NCBI GenBank assembly: GCA_051294905.1
Contig: CM119372.1
Location: 11,224,001 to 11,288,000, forward strand
Reading direction: 5' to 3'
DNA from: Botryllus schlosseri
Lineage: Eukaryota
DNA length: 64,000 nt
Of this stretch, positions 26,461 through 39,100 are shown piece by piece. Each line of letters opens with the position of its first letter. Position 1 is the first letter of the stretch. Position numbers and translations under genes: made by a program. The notes below the pieces were generated by a model, which ran no database searches, was not told the DNA's origin, and saw only the letters and a list, made by a program, of their open reading frames with translations.

Positions 26461-27452
26461 TATTTTCACGAGCGGCACGATTCCACTCGATATATCTGTG
26501 GTATCGCGGTCACGCGTCATCGCTTCCCTTTCCGCAATTTCACGCATTTCTATATTTTTACTATCGCATTTTCTCAGTACGGTCAATGTAGAAAATGAAA
26601 TTTAGATTGTTTTCAGCCGATATCTTGAAGGAAGGAAGAAGCACGGCAGTTTACATAAGTAGGAGTACGGTGCCGGCGCTCAACGGACGACGTTACAGTG
26701 TGAACCTTCGTACGGTCGGTACCGACCACTGAGGTATATCAACACACACATCCCGACGGACCCGACCCTAATACTGGTATACTGCACGTCGCTGTTGATT
26801 AGCGACGGTACCATACGCCTACTTATCGTAGTTAAACCGTCGTGGTTCGGACTTATTTGAGACCACAGAGCGCAGTGCAACTATTACAACAGTTCTTCGC
26901 CATTTATGATGGTAATTCGCCTTACTCGAAAATTGGTGGCACAGTGTCACGCAGTTTCCGCGTTTTCCAGAGTTTTTTTCCGCCACCCCAGGTTTAGCTT
27001 CTATAAGGGTCAGTGATGTAATGTTTACCCCTCAGATTCTTCATAAGTTTAATTTTCAACTATCATGTCAGTTCGCGGCCGTTTGTGAGGTTAAATCTGC
27101 GTTGTACTAGAAAATGAGAGTGTCCCCGCAGTTTCTGCGTGATCAATAAAGGTCAATGACCGACTGTTGCACGTTACGCGTTTTCCTCTGTTTCAGCGTT
27201 GCGAATCATGCATTGTTGCGCATGCTGGCAAATTGAAAGACAACAAGGGGGTCCAGTTTAGCATTATTTATACACCTATAATGTAGTAACAATATCGTAG
27301 AAATATGGTTGGTAGTAGTGAAGTGTAGTCGGTAAATTTGAGTATGAAATCATCAAAATGCCTTGGAAGAAATGAGGTGAAGATTTTAAAACCTTTCGAA
27401 TTCGCTTTCCAAATAAATAACCAGTCTTTGTCATAAGTCATGTCATCAATTA

Positions 27453-27600
27453 AATGGCATTGAACTATCTGATTGAATTTCCTTGTACTGCTGTGAAGTA
27501 GGATTTTCTGCAATGGTATCTAAACGAAATCAGTTTACGATTGTCAATTACATGAGATGCTGTCTATTATGCTCGCCTTTGTCTAGATTTGACCACCGGA
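27453..27600 (+). pseudogene. Decayed C-terminal fragment of a hAT (Buster-like) transposase
   Basis: Two frames join to give ALNYLIEFP / YCCEVGFSAMVSKRNQ...MRCCL...RFD, resembling the hAT dimerization-domain motif LxFPTTYxCExGFSxM...RN. Confidence 0.55.
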
Positions 27601-28410
27601 TAACACGGACACAGCATAAGCCTTCCAATTTACTTGATATCTTTACAGTTATTTCAATGTACATTATGACGTCATATTTGTGCTGTATTACAATTAATTG
27701 AGTGCAAGCTGCAATTTGTTATTTTTCAAAAGGGGGTAATTGCATCCTTTCATTGAACCACTACTATATAGTGTGAGAGTGAATGATTTCGAGTGCAGAA
27801 ATTATAAGCTCCTTCTTGTTCTATCAACGGAATATCGTGGTTGCGATACTTACTTATTATTGTCACTGATCAATATGTTGCTACTGCTCTCATGCAGTAG
27901 AGATTTGATTTTGAGACCGGTGTCCTGTGCTCACACAATTCTTTATTTGGACACTCACCACCAACCCTAAACCGCGACCCCAATGACCATAACCCTACCC
28001 TAAGGATCCTCACCCAACCAAAATGACGCAATAGCCCCTACCCGTAGTAATGGAGTGCCCTTCTGTGAATAAAGCGACTAACCTTATGGTGAACACGAGA
28101 CTGACCCTATTTTGAACATAAACCAACCTTGTATAGGATTGTATGCAAAAATGACCACTGGCATAGGTGCCGGACGCTAATTTACGTTAGGTATGCGGGT
28201 TTGATGACGTCACAAAAGAATGATGTCATAATGTGACAGAATTGATAGTTACGGTTAATATAGCATTGATTCATTAGGGCAGTGGTCGGGAACCTTTCTT
28301 GTCTGAAGAGCCAGTCACAATTGAAAATTCGTGACGTCATGGTAGTACAGTACTAATTCGAACTCACTACATGGGATTCGTCGTGGGTGCCTTATTTTCT
28401 CTGTAAAAAC

Positions 28411-29647
28411 CAGGGTTTTGGAGCCGGAGCTGTGCATTTTCACCGGAGCTGGAGCCGGAGCTCTACATAAAATTCAGCCGGAGCCAGAGCTGGAGCCCGT
28501 TATTTGAGGAGTAGCTCCGGCTCCGACGTATTTCATAAGATGCTATTATGCAACAACCATATCTGCTGATTTATCATAATTGAACAGCAGGCCTGAATTT
28601 TAATGCTGTGCGCAGCAATGGCATAGAGTAAAGTGCGTTGTACTGCAACTATTATGTTATCGACAATTGACAAGTATTCATTATGACGTCACAAGCCAGC
28701 ACGGCGGCACCTATGTCTTCGTTGCTACATGGGATGTTACTGACGGCTGACAGACTCTAGATTACGATAGATAACTAACCTATGGGTATAGATCAGTAAT
28801 CTATATAGACCAGGAATGGCCAACCTTTTCGGCTAAAGGGGCACATGCAATTGACGAACGAGTGCGCGGTCCACTAGCCGCGCCAAGCGGGTAAAATTTA
28901 CAAAGTTTATATATAAACTAGGTCAATAATATTATTACTTAAGTGTATTGCGGGTCTACTTTATAGTATACCGCCTGCTAGGCTCAGTTTACAAGGACAC
29001 GACTATTCGGCGTCTGGCCACATCGATATCGAACATCTCCGATAATATGCGACAATCATTTTGTGCCTACATTTCATTATCGACGATCTTTATGCGAGCG
29101 CAAACGCGAAAAGACTTTCTCCCGTAATTGCGAATACAGTTATAGACTCAATCGGGTAAATTACACGTTTTTTTTTCATTTTCAGTAGGGGGTAGGCTAC
29201 CAAGCAAGAAATCGTGCGGCAATTAAACACGCGAAGCGTGAAGAAAAATTTTACTACTATTTTAGTTTATTGTAATGTACGACAATTTACTGAAAATTTG
29301 ACTGGACCCTGGACCTGCCAATGCGTCGGAACTGATATTTTAGTCATCAACATCCCAAGTGTCGCAGCCAGACTTGTAATTTTTGATTGGCATCGCAAGT
29401 TCACAATCTGAGCAATTCATTTTCGATAATATAATAGGAAATTACATCGCGGGCCACGCAAAACCCTCTCGCGGGCCACATCTGGCCCGCGGGTCGGCCA
29501 CCCCTGATATAGACAGGCCCATTCGATAATTTCATAGCCGGAGCTGGAGCCAGAGCAGTGGTAATAATGCGGCTCCGGAGCTAATGTATGATAGAAGAAA
29601 GCTCCGGAGCTGGAGCAGTTTAAATTTACGGCTACTCCAAAGCCCTG
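28411..29647. mobile_element. hAT MITE (CAGGGTTTTGGAG TIR, GGAGCCGGAGCT repeats); middle layer
   Basis: Perfect TSD gtaaaaac (28403-28410 / 29648-29655). Confidence 0.88.
28811..29506. mobile_element. hAT MITE, inner layer (same family as 12701-13830)
   Basis: Perfect TSD atatagac (28803-28810 / 29507-29514). Confidence 0.88.
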
Positions 29648-32061
29648 GTAAAAACTCGTATAGGCTACTAATCATCCTGTGATAGCGCAATTCATCGTAA
29701 ATAGCTCAGAATTTATAATCGCTGATATTAATCTAATGTAATCTAATTACTGATAGAATTCTTAATTCAACGGTAGCATAAACGTTGCACTACACGCCTG
29801 CATGTTAATGGCAGTACTAGAAAGCTACGAAGCGTTGTTTTGTAATTTGGATTTGTAATTGGAATGTCACTTCCAAGGCGGTCTATTTCTCGGCGTAGAT
29901 CAGGAAGACAATATGTATTTGAAAATTAAATTGTCATAATAGCCTAATGTTCCCATATCTGCTATTCTCTTGGTCAACCAACGTATGGTGCAATCCAAGA
30001 TTGCGCAGCGCGCGATGCCGGGTACATCGAATTCGCGAGGGATGTTGGTCGCTGGCGTTACAGCAACCTAAATATGAGGATTTTGTAAAGGGGTCCGAAC
30101 CCTGGATACGCCACTGCCTTGACCTCTCAAATACATGTTTATGCTGCCACGAGAAAAATTATTCTGGTAGTTAAGAAAGCTTACTAACAAGTTGCTGCAA
30201 TATCGATAGAATTGAGCACAAATTTAAAAATATGTCAAAGAGCCGTATCTTATACCAAAAAGAGCCATAGGTTTCCGGCCACTGCATTAGGGTAAAGAAC
30301 ATGCGTAAATGCCAGTTATACAATCTCCTCGTTTTGACGAACTTACTCATATGATATCCAAGTCCGTAAGTGCTGTCAATAAGCTAGTCCCTCATCTCTC
30401 ACGAACAATTTTAAATACGTTGCTTAGGCTTATCAACGCGCGTATTACATAACCTCGGTGACGATGTGCACAAGTCAAAAACTCGAAATGTCCGAATTGT
30501 TATGGAATCTGTTCTATAATGGCACCGATGGTGGTTCAAACCTTTCTCGTCTTTTAGAACTCAAGCCTTGACACCCATCTTCTGATTGTTATGTTAAGGG
30601 TTAGCGGAATTCAATTACGCACGCACGCACAATAGAACATGTCTGCGGACATTCAATGTCATTCAATTTCGCGATGTCACACTTTAATCACGATCGCTGA
30701 TCACTTTGGCGATTTTTTTTTACCTCGAAAAAGGAAAATTTTGACCTAAAAAATCAAAATTTTGACTTTTTTGACCTACACAAACTGAATTTTGACCAAA
30801 TTAGGTGTTTCCCACATAATGTTAAAATTGTACCACTTATCTGCATTTCTGGTTTGAACCGGGCCTATTGCAGATGCGATTCTTCAAACCAGCGGAACTA
30901 GGCTTGTTGGAGACGCGATAAATCAGGCCAGCGACGATTGCCGAGTGTACGGCAATCAATGACCTAATTTCGCGATCATCTCAGCGGGAGATGTAGTAAA
31001 CAATACGTTGCGATTTGTTCTAAATATCACAATTGGCGTTTATGCCGATACATGCCAAACGGAATTCTAGGTATGCCGCATACCTTGCATACCCAGGTTC
31101 GGCGACTATGAATACCGGTATCCTTTCATTATATCTACGCATTGTAGTGTTGTGAATAAATGATTTTAGTAGGCCTACTTGAATCTGAATCGAGTATTAA
31201 TTCCAATGATTCGAGCCGAGTATGGGAGAGATGATTTTTGTAGTAGTTCAATGCTCCTTGCCACTGACAGAACCTATGAAAACTCTCTTGGCATGAGAAC
31301 ATATAGTACATGAAGCTACGTATGTTAGTGGAAATGACATGTCTGTGAAGTCATGATCAATCCACAGCATTGTCAGAAAGCGCAATGGAATAGGTATGAT
31401 TGAAAACAGGCCAAATTATCTTTAATACCATGTAGAACTGGTGGTCGCATGAAAGGTACATATCTGGACTTTCCATACTGTGATGAGTGACACTCTAATA
31501 CCAGAGTCGATTCAAAGCCTAATACTCAATTCAGAATCAAATCTTGTACATCTTTGTTCTTCGCTTTTTCGTGATTTCTGAGGCATGAGTTGGTTTCACC
31601 ACTGCGCTCAGCGCCCTAGCCCCACTATGGAATCCGTGTCCGTCGTTTCGTGGCACAAGTGACACACAGATTACGGCAATTATTGCATGCACTCGCATTA
31701 CATGGACTCAACAGGCTGACTAGAAATAAAATTTGAAAAGATTCATGCCCACCACAAATGCTGATTTTAGTTTATTATTGCTTGTGCAGCCGATCGCTCT
31801 TGTCAAACGTCATACAGTGAATTACGAGCAGTTGCGTAGTTGTAATCCTGTCTCTCTGCGAAATCAGATGCGGCACATGAGAAATACTCCCATCACACGC
31901 AATGCAATTACGAAAAAGGTACCTTGATACCATCCCGACCTCGGGCGACTTGGACAACTGCAGTCTTTGTAATCACTGAATGCTGGTCTTCAATGCTTTA
32001 CTTACAATTCAGAAATTCATTGTATCATAAAATCCGAGATTCGGAGGCTTGTTGATCTGAA

Positions 32062-35000
32062 ATGGAAAACCCTGACAACGGCTCAGAGAAGCTGTCGTCC
32101 AAGGTATGTTGGTTTCCAATGTTATTTGCACCAATCTGCTTGTACTCCTTATGAATAGATTTCATCGTGAATGTAATGTACATTTAGCAATTATTGAACA
32201 GAGACGAACATGGGTTCCAGTTGCTTGTATATTTATTTGATTAGCCACACAATTTATTTAATTTTCATGATCTGTGTCAATTTTAGAAGTAAGTATCAGA
32301 TTAAGCTCTTGGTCACAATAATTAATAAGAACAATGATATAGATCTCGTGTTTTTGGTAATGTCTCGTCTACACCATTCAGATTTGTGAAATTGTCATTT
32401 GAAATTATAATCTCCCTTCCAACTGCACAGCTTCTGTTTGTCTCGCTGCAGATGCATTTCATTGATGTTGTATGTCGACTCATGTTCACCTAGTAACTAG
32501 GCCATAGATGGGCAAGCTATGGCACGCTAGCACGCACGCACCATAGCATGATGTAACAACATCAAAAATGTTTACAGAAATACATGAAAAATATAGTGGC
32601 TATAACTCTCTCATAAAACTCTTCCTTGATATACACATTTTAAGACAACTCAACTGTTTATGTAAAGTAGAGATTTATTTTTATTGCAAGTGGGTATACT
32701 ATCCTGGACAACACATTTCGAAGTTAATCGGTTGTGGATTGTCAGAATTTCTGACTTATTTTTGATTGTCAACTACAGGTAGCTGCTTCGCTAATTTAGG
32801 AAGTTGATCACCCTGTGGTGGCCCAAAACCATCTTTTTATGGGAATGACAAATTGCAGCTACATACCTGCTTCAAACGAAGACTTTGTAGTTCCTTTGCA
32901 CTTCTCAAGTATTTGTCCCCTCTCTGTCTACCAATGATTAATCTTTACAACAGTATGTTAAAGAGGCTGGTTTTTTGTTAGCCAATAAAGTTTCCATCGC
33001 AGCAGACCAATAACCATTCGAAGGAGTGGAATTTATAAAAAGATCGCATGGTCGATGTTCTCAATGTTTGTGTACCTTCAAGTCAAATCTAGTGTAGAGT
33101 CCGAAAATCTATGGACACATTGCTGATCGTCACAGATTGAAATTTCCACTCTGTTTTAACCATACACACTTTCTTCCCTAATTTTGAGTAAGTGGTTATT
33201 GTACTGAGGATGGCCGAACAAATACTGGAGGTGAATATTTTATCTATTGCAAAATAAAAATGCTTCTGTTTGGCTATTTTGTGTTATGATATTATATTAT
33301 GGACTACAATTGTGCGCCATGTGAATATATTTCTATTCTGAATGTGGCCCTCGACCTAAACAGCTTTTGCCTGCCAGTGAGCTAGCCTGCCTGAAATATT
33401 TTGAACTCTTTAACAGAGTGAAAAACAGCCGTTGACGAATACGTGAGTACCGATTAACTTTAACAGTTATTGGTTGATTACTGCATCAATGTAATAATTT
33501 AAGATTGCTTCCTGCACTTATGATTACACAGAAAAAATGTGAATTGAATTCTGATCAGCTTGTCCAAATACAAAATAACCATTACGATGCATCATGACGC
33601 AGGAAAATTTGGAATTGAATGATGTCCCTTAAGACCCCCAACGATTTGAAATGATTTTCAACAAAAACTGGGAAAATAGTTTTTGATGCTCAATTTATAC
33701 GCAACAAAATATCGTTCAATGATGACGGGACAAGGTCTTTTCTTAATGAACATTGCTGCTCATAAGCATCTGGGAAAATGTATATCATGATGTGATTTCG
33801 AGATACGGGATGAATGAAGTCGAAGCGAATTAGTATAAGAAATGTATTGCAGTCCTATGCTCTTGTGACTCACTGAGTTTGTTGCAATCGAGTTGATGAA
33901 GAGCTATATTTCAGAAATATTTCATCTGAAAAGAAGCGTAATCACAAAAACTACTCGAGAACAAGCTTGAATGTGACTGTGACCAACCAACCCAAGAAAA
34001 AGAGTTTGATGTCGGTCACAAGGTAAAGTAATGTGCTAATAATGAGATTTTGCAGCAAGTTATTTCTAGATCAGTGCTTCCCAACCTTTTTCAGCAAACA
34101 AATGTCATTGCGCAGATCACACTGTGTCTTTTTAATTATGAAGTATCTATAATTAATAATTATTATTGATACCGTAGTGATGGAAGGAGGAACGGCTGGA
34201 TTTGACATTGTCTGTATGTCGTGATAAATCTTGCTTTTACAATCTTCTGAAATTTTCCTTAAATTCATTTGCAATTGCAATCATTAGGCGTATACTTACG
34301 TTCCTTACGTACAGAATGCATGTACCACGCGGTGCACGGTATCAGAAGCTTGACGACTCACCATTACTTGACCTTCAGTCTGACAGGTAAGCACTGCAGT
34401 GGTTCTCAACTGCTTATTGATTGTTTGTTTACCCACTGGGAACTTTTGCTATCAATCCATTCGACAAATTTGTTCTAGTGCACTCGCAATACAGAAATGC
34501 ACACTTCATTAGCTTTCACTAGAATCAGAAGCTTACATTCAGAATCTGTAAATGGAAAGGTAGCTGACGCAAACTAGTCACGTTACTGCTTACGTTATCG
34601 AAATGGACTGACCATCTTGCCTTAAATCTCGCCCGGTGGGAAATTTTGAGATGAAAAACTTATTTCAACACATTCATGTGCAAATCCGAACAGGGTGATG
34701 GTGAATTTGTGGCTCCCCAGTTTTGCGTGTTAATTACGCCACACGCAAGTTTAGTATATTTTGTTTTGTTTTAGAAGTCTATTAGGATGTCGATAATAAT
34801 TTCCAGTTTAAATACAAGCTCTGTTTTGTATTAATACAAGCTATGTTTTGTAAATGTAATCGCTGATTAACTTGCGGAGTTTGGTGTCTCGACACCACCG
34901 TAATTCAATGTACTGTAGGGATTGATCAACTAATTTTTACATATTGAAAATCACATGGTAACCAATTTATTGAATCTTATAGTGATGAGGATGAGCTTTT

Positions 35001-35190
35001 TCTCTCTTACACCACGCCGACTGCCAACCAAGTAAACAGGCAATTGACGAAACAGTTGGAAAAAGATGGGTACAGGCTTGATGAAGTCCCAGACGACGAG
35101 GAATTGGACTTGATACCGCCAAGGGAATTTCGTGAAGCACGGCTCTGCTCTTGCTGCAATGCGTTTAATGTATCCTGCGCAATCATGTAG
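32062..35190 (+). CDS. FAM219: FAM219-family protein (~151 aa) with C-terminal CaaX motif
   Basis: Exons 32062-32103, 33417-33442, 33915-34022, 34315-34386, 34983-35190; GT-AG, phases consistent, 456 nt. The C-terminus QVNRQLTKQLEKDGYRLDEVPDDEELDLIPPREFREARLCSCC...CAIM* matches the FAM219A/B signature (QLLKDGYRLDEIPDDEDLDLIPP...CxCC). Missed by the ORF track. Confidence 0.9.
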
Positions 35191-36104
35191 TAGCACTGCC
35201 CGTCCTGTAAATCGGCTAGCTGGTGCCAAATGTCCTTCCTCAACGTCCCATTTACCTGGTCTCATGGCCTGGGGCGTAGCAGTTTCCAGAAACAGACGCT
35301 TACCCCCACGGCGAGATTGTATTTTATATATTTTGAATTTTAGATGTCTCTTCTTTTCATTTGTTGCCTCAGATAACAGTTTTAGCCGACTGGCTATGCC
35401 GTGCTCTATCGAGCCATACTCCACAATCTCCCTAGTGTTATTCTCTTACATTTGCTTGTTATGAGTACTATAGATTGCCCGTCCATTTTTTTATGTATAT
35501 ATTATGTTTGTACCTGTGCGAATCTAGTGAGTGCTTGTGACTGAGGTTTGCATTCAACGTCCTGTCGATCTGAAATTAATTTTGCTTATATTACATGACC
35601 CTGTTTCATTGATATTATTCTCTGTTGTACAAAAATCCTAGTACTTGCACTTGCAATTGAGATCGCAAGTCGTCCGAAATTTGCCGGAATGTGATTTTGT
35701 GAAGCTTCTCTGAAGCAAATTCACAGATCTATTTTCTTGCACAGCGTTTCTTATGTTATGTTTTTCGTGCAGATACTATTTCAATTGATGCTTCAAGGGA
35801 CCCCCCTCTCCTATTACCATTTATCTGCAATCATGCATGTGTCTCTTAGACTTGAGAGGTTAAGGGTCTCAAGATATCTTCAGTTAGCATTTTATGTTAT
35901 TGTTATTTCTATGTTGTTTCGGTGGCGTCTTGTGCAATATAGAAATTAAGCATATCAGTGTAAATTTGAACCATTGAACTCTATAGCAAAGTATAACGCC
36001 ATGCGCTGTGTTTAGTATTGATATTATATTTCCATTTTAGACTTGTAATAAAAAAGTAGCAATTGACTGACACATATTATACTTGATTAAATATGCATGC
36101 GTCA

Positions 36105-39100
36105 ATGGATCTCAACAATGAGGTGTGTAACTGGAATTATATATCTCATTTCAAGGTGGCAGTGCACTCGTGTTCCTCTTTGCAGAAAATTCTCATGAGA
36201 AAAGAAATAAACCGGGCGAGGCTACGGATTATCTCAAAATTGGTTCGCCAAATCAAAAGTCTGAATAATAAAAAGTGAGTGTTGGTGCCGTTATAGAATC
36301 TTGCAAAAATCGTCCGTACAGATGTAAAAAATTGTCACTATCGGTGATTTGTTTTACTAAAACTAACTTTCCAGTCGATATTCGAATTACTCTGACACCG
36401 ATGCAGTGGGATGTTAGCATCTGAGTGATTTTAAAACAATTGTCAATTTTTGATAGTATGCTACAATCGTAGCATCTGAATGAGAGAAAAAGAGAACGGT
36501 ATCACGTATCACCAGTGTTGTAGACTGCTATTTCTGAACACGGTAATTGTGAAATGAATCTTTTGCAGAGGAAACGAAAGTCAAATGGAAAAGAATAGAA
36601 GAAGAGCTGAGAGGCTTCTCAAGGAAGTAGATATTCTCAAGGTCAGTATTTTCTACCGTCAGTGCCCTCATTTGAAGATGGGTGAATATGAGCCCGCAGG
36701 AAAAATAATAAAAAGATGGGATCCAGCTCAAGGCTCCATAAAATATTTATAACAACATGTCAGCATTTGGGAGCAAGTCAACACAGACAATTGGACTGTG
36801 TAGAAAAATCTTGTCGCAGGCCGCACGCAAAGATGGTGATTCCTGTGTATCAATGATATACCGGTACTGCTTGTCCCCGAAGTTTGTACTAACCCGCAGT
36901 TTGGGGAAATCCCGTATCGTAGCCTGCTACGCTCAATATAGCAGTAGGCCATGTGAGAACCTGGCATTGTAATTCTATAGGCAGTCTTTTCTGGAGTGCA
37001 GTTGAGTAATTTCTCCGCCCCTAAACCGGCTTTGCAAATTAAATTTTAAATTAGAGAACAGCGTAGAAGTGCGTATCATGTTTTGTCAGGAAATAAATAA
37101 AGACCAAGTTTTCAAGCAACTCATCAACACTCCACCCGGTAATAACAACACCGCGATGGCGCAACTATCTCTGGAAAAGAGAGCTTTATTCCGTATTGGA
37201 TCAGTATCGTTCATTCAATCAAAGTGTGTTACTGAAATTCGACGAACGAGGCGTGTTTTATCACCTGATTATTATGCAGAATAGCGGAAATCAGGAAAAA
37301 TGTATCTGCCTTTCACAAGCTTCGAACCGGAAAGGAAGCCTCTTTGTTCCATGACACTGCCGACAGTACAGGTATGATGATGACTGGCTGATCGATCAAT
37401 ATTTTCTTGAATATGATTATTACAAATTGTACATGATAAATCTTGAGTTCAATCCGCGTGAAAATCAGACTTGCTAGAGCTATATCAGATAATCTCCTAT
37501 GTCACGCTGGGTATTATCCTCCTTCGGCCATATGCATGCAGGTTTTAGGTAGTGCACTGGGCTGACTGGGGGTAGTTGATGTTCGAGAGTTATCTTTGCT
37601 CATGGTATTTTTGTTATATATTTCATGAGACTTGGCTTTGGCTGTTGTCATGTGGAAATGGGTCCGGTGTTGAATTGATTATATGTTATAGTGTTAGCAA
37701 ATCTGGGATTTCAGATTGATTAAAAATTGGTAGTCTTATGAAATATACTTCTATTGGTAAATGCAAATATGGACACTTCAGTTTCACCTTTTAGGTTGAA
37801 TTTGGGGCTTTACAAAATGACCGATTTTTTTTTCAATTTTGAGGAATTTAGGTTAGTCTCGGAAAGTATTGCTTCTACATCGATAGTGTCAGTAGCTACC
37901 TTGACATCTTGATTTATCTCTAGGGCCGGGCACAATGATTCGAGTACTGTAATCTGAATCGAGTATTAACTTCAATGATTCGAGTCGAGTAGTAAAAGAC
38001 GATTTTTTCGAGTACTGAAATTATACGCTCCTCGCTGCTGCATGTTAATTTATTAGCGAAAATTGTAGTTTCAATACTATTTTCCAATCTGGAAGCCTTG
38101 AAACCTTGATTGCCCTATCGCAATATACGAAACTTATAGTACAAGCCACGAATGTTGCGTGACATAGCACATTTCCGAAAGGAAAGGAAAGGACGTAGTT
38201 TATTTTTGTCCTTGATGTTTTTGCGGCATATACACCGACTCATGATACACATACACACGATCTGTGCATATGCATACCATGAGTGCATGATGTGCATATG
38301 CCGCTGGACAAGGAAGTGCAGATATAGCCTTCACGGCTTTCTAAGTCATGCACCACTCCTCCTTGCTATCCCAGTAATGCATGAGCGCCAAGCAGGGAAG
38401 TCATGGATACCAGCGTTACTAATGGAGGTCTTTGGTCTGACCCGGCCGGGGATCGAACCCACCACCTACCGATCGAGAAGCCGGATGCTTCACCATTACG
38501 CTATCTTGTCGAAGTCCTGATCATCCCGCATAACAAGGCGTTATATGCTATGTGGTGGCATAAAAGATACATATTTGAGCTTGGACATGGACAAATGGAC
38601 ATCTTTCATTATTTTATGATGTAATAATGAGTGTTACTCGATACTCGACTCGAAGTATAATACATGATTCAGAATCGAATCACCCAAGTACTCGAATTTG
38701 CCCAGCCCTATTTATCTCTCGTTTGGTTGATGAGAATCGCCGTATTGCTGCTTGCGGGAATGTGTCTCAAGTGAGGCTGGGGTGTCTCACAAATATTTTT
38801 ACAACAGTCGTTAAATCTCACATCACAACTTCTTATAATTTTAAATTGGGGCTCTGATGCTTACTCTAATCTCCCCGACTCCTGCTCACGATACAAGATG
38901 TAATTGGGAATCTTGAAAATTCGATTAACTCGTTCAAGCCGAATTTTGCTACTTTGACTGCGACACCACAGCCCGGGTTTCAAGAGAATTTCGCTACTTT
39001 GACTGCGACACCACAGCCCGGGTGTCGAGAGAAATTAGACCACCTTATAAATGCAGTTTCATTGCTTTTCGTAAGACTGGTTTCATTGGCTTGTTGTCAA

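Larger units (their letters stand above)
28280..30284. mobile_element. hAT MITE (CAGTGGTCGGGAACCT TIR, GAGCCA motifs); outer layer of a triple nest
   Basis: Perfect TSD cattaggg (28272-28279 / 30285-30292); uninterrupted sister copy at 57156-58040. Confidence 0.88.

Noticed and set aside
34951..35464. 157-aa antisense ORF and 110-aa sense ORF over the FAM219 last exon and 3' UTR
   Set aside because: No recognisable motifs; they overlap a well-supported exon in another frame or strand.
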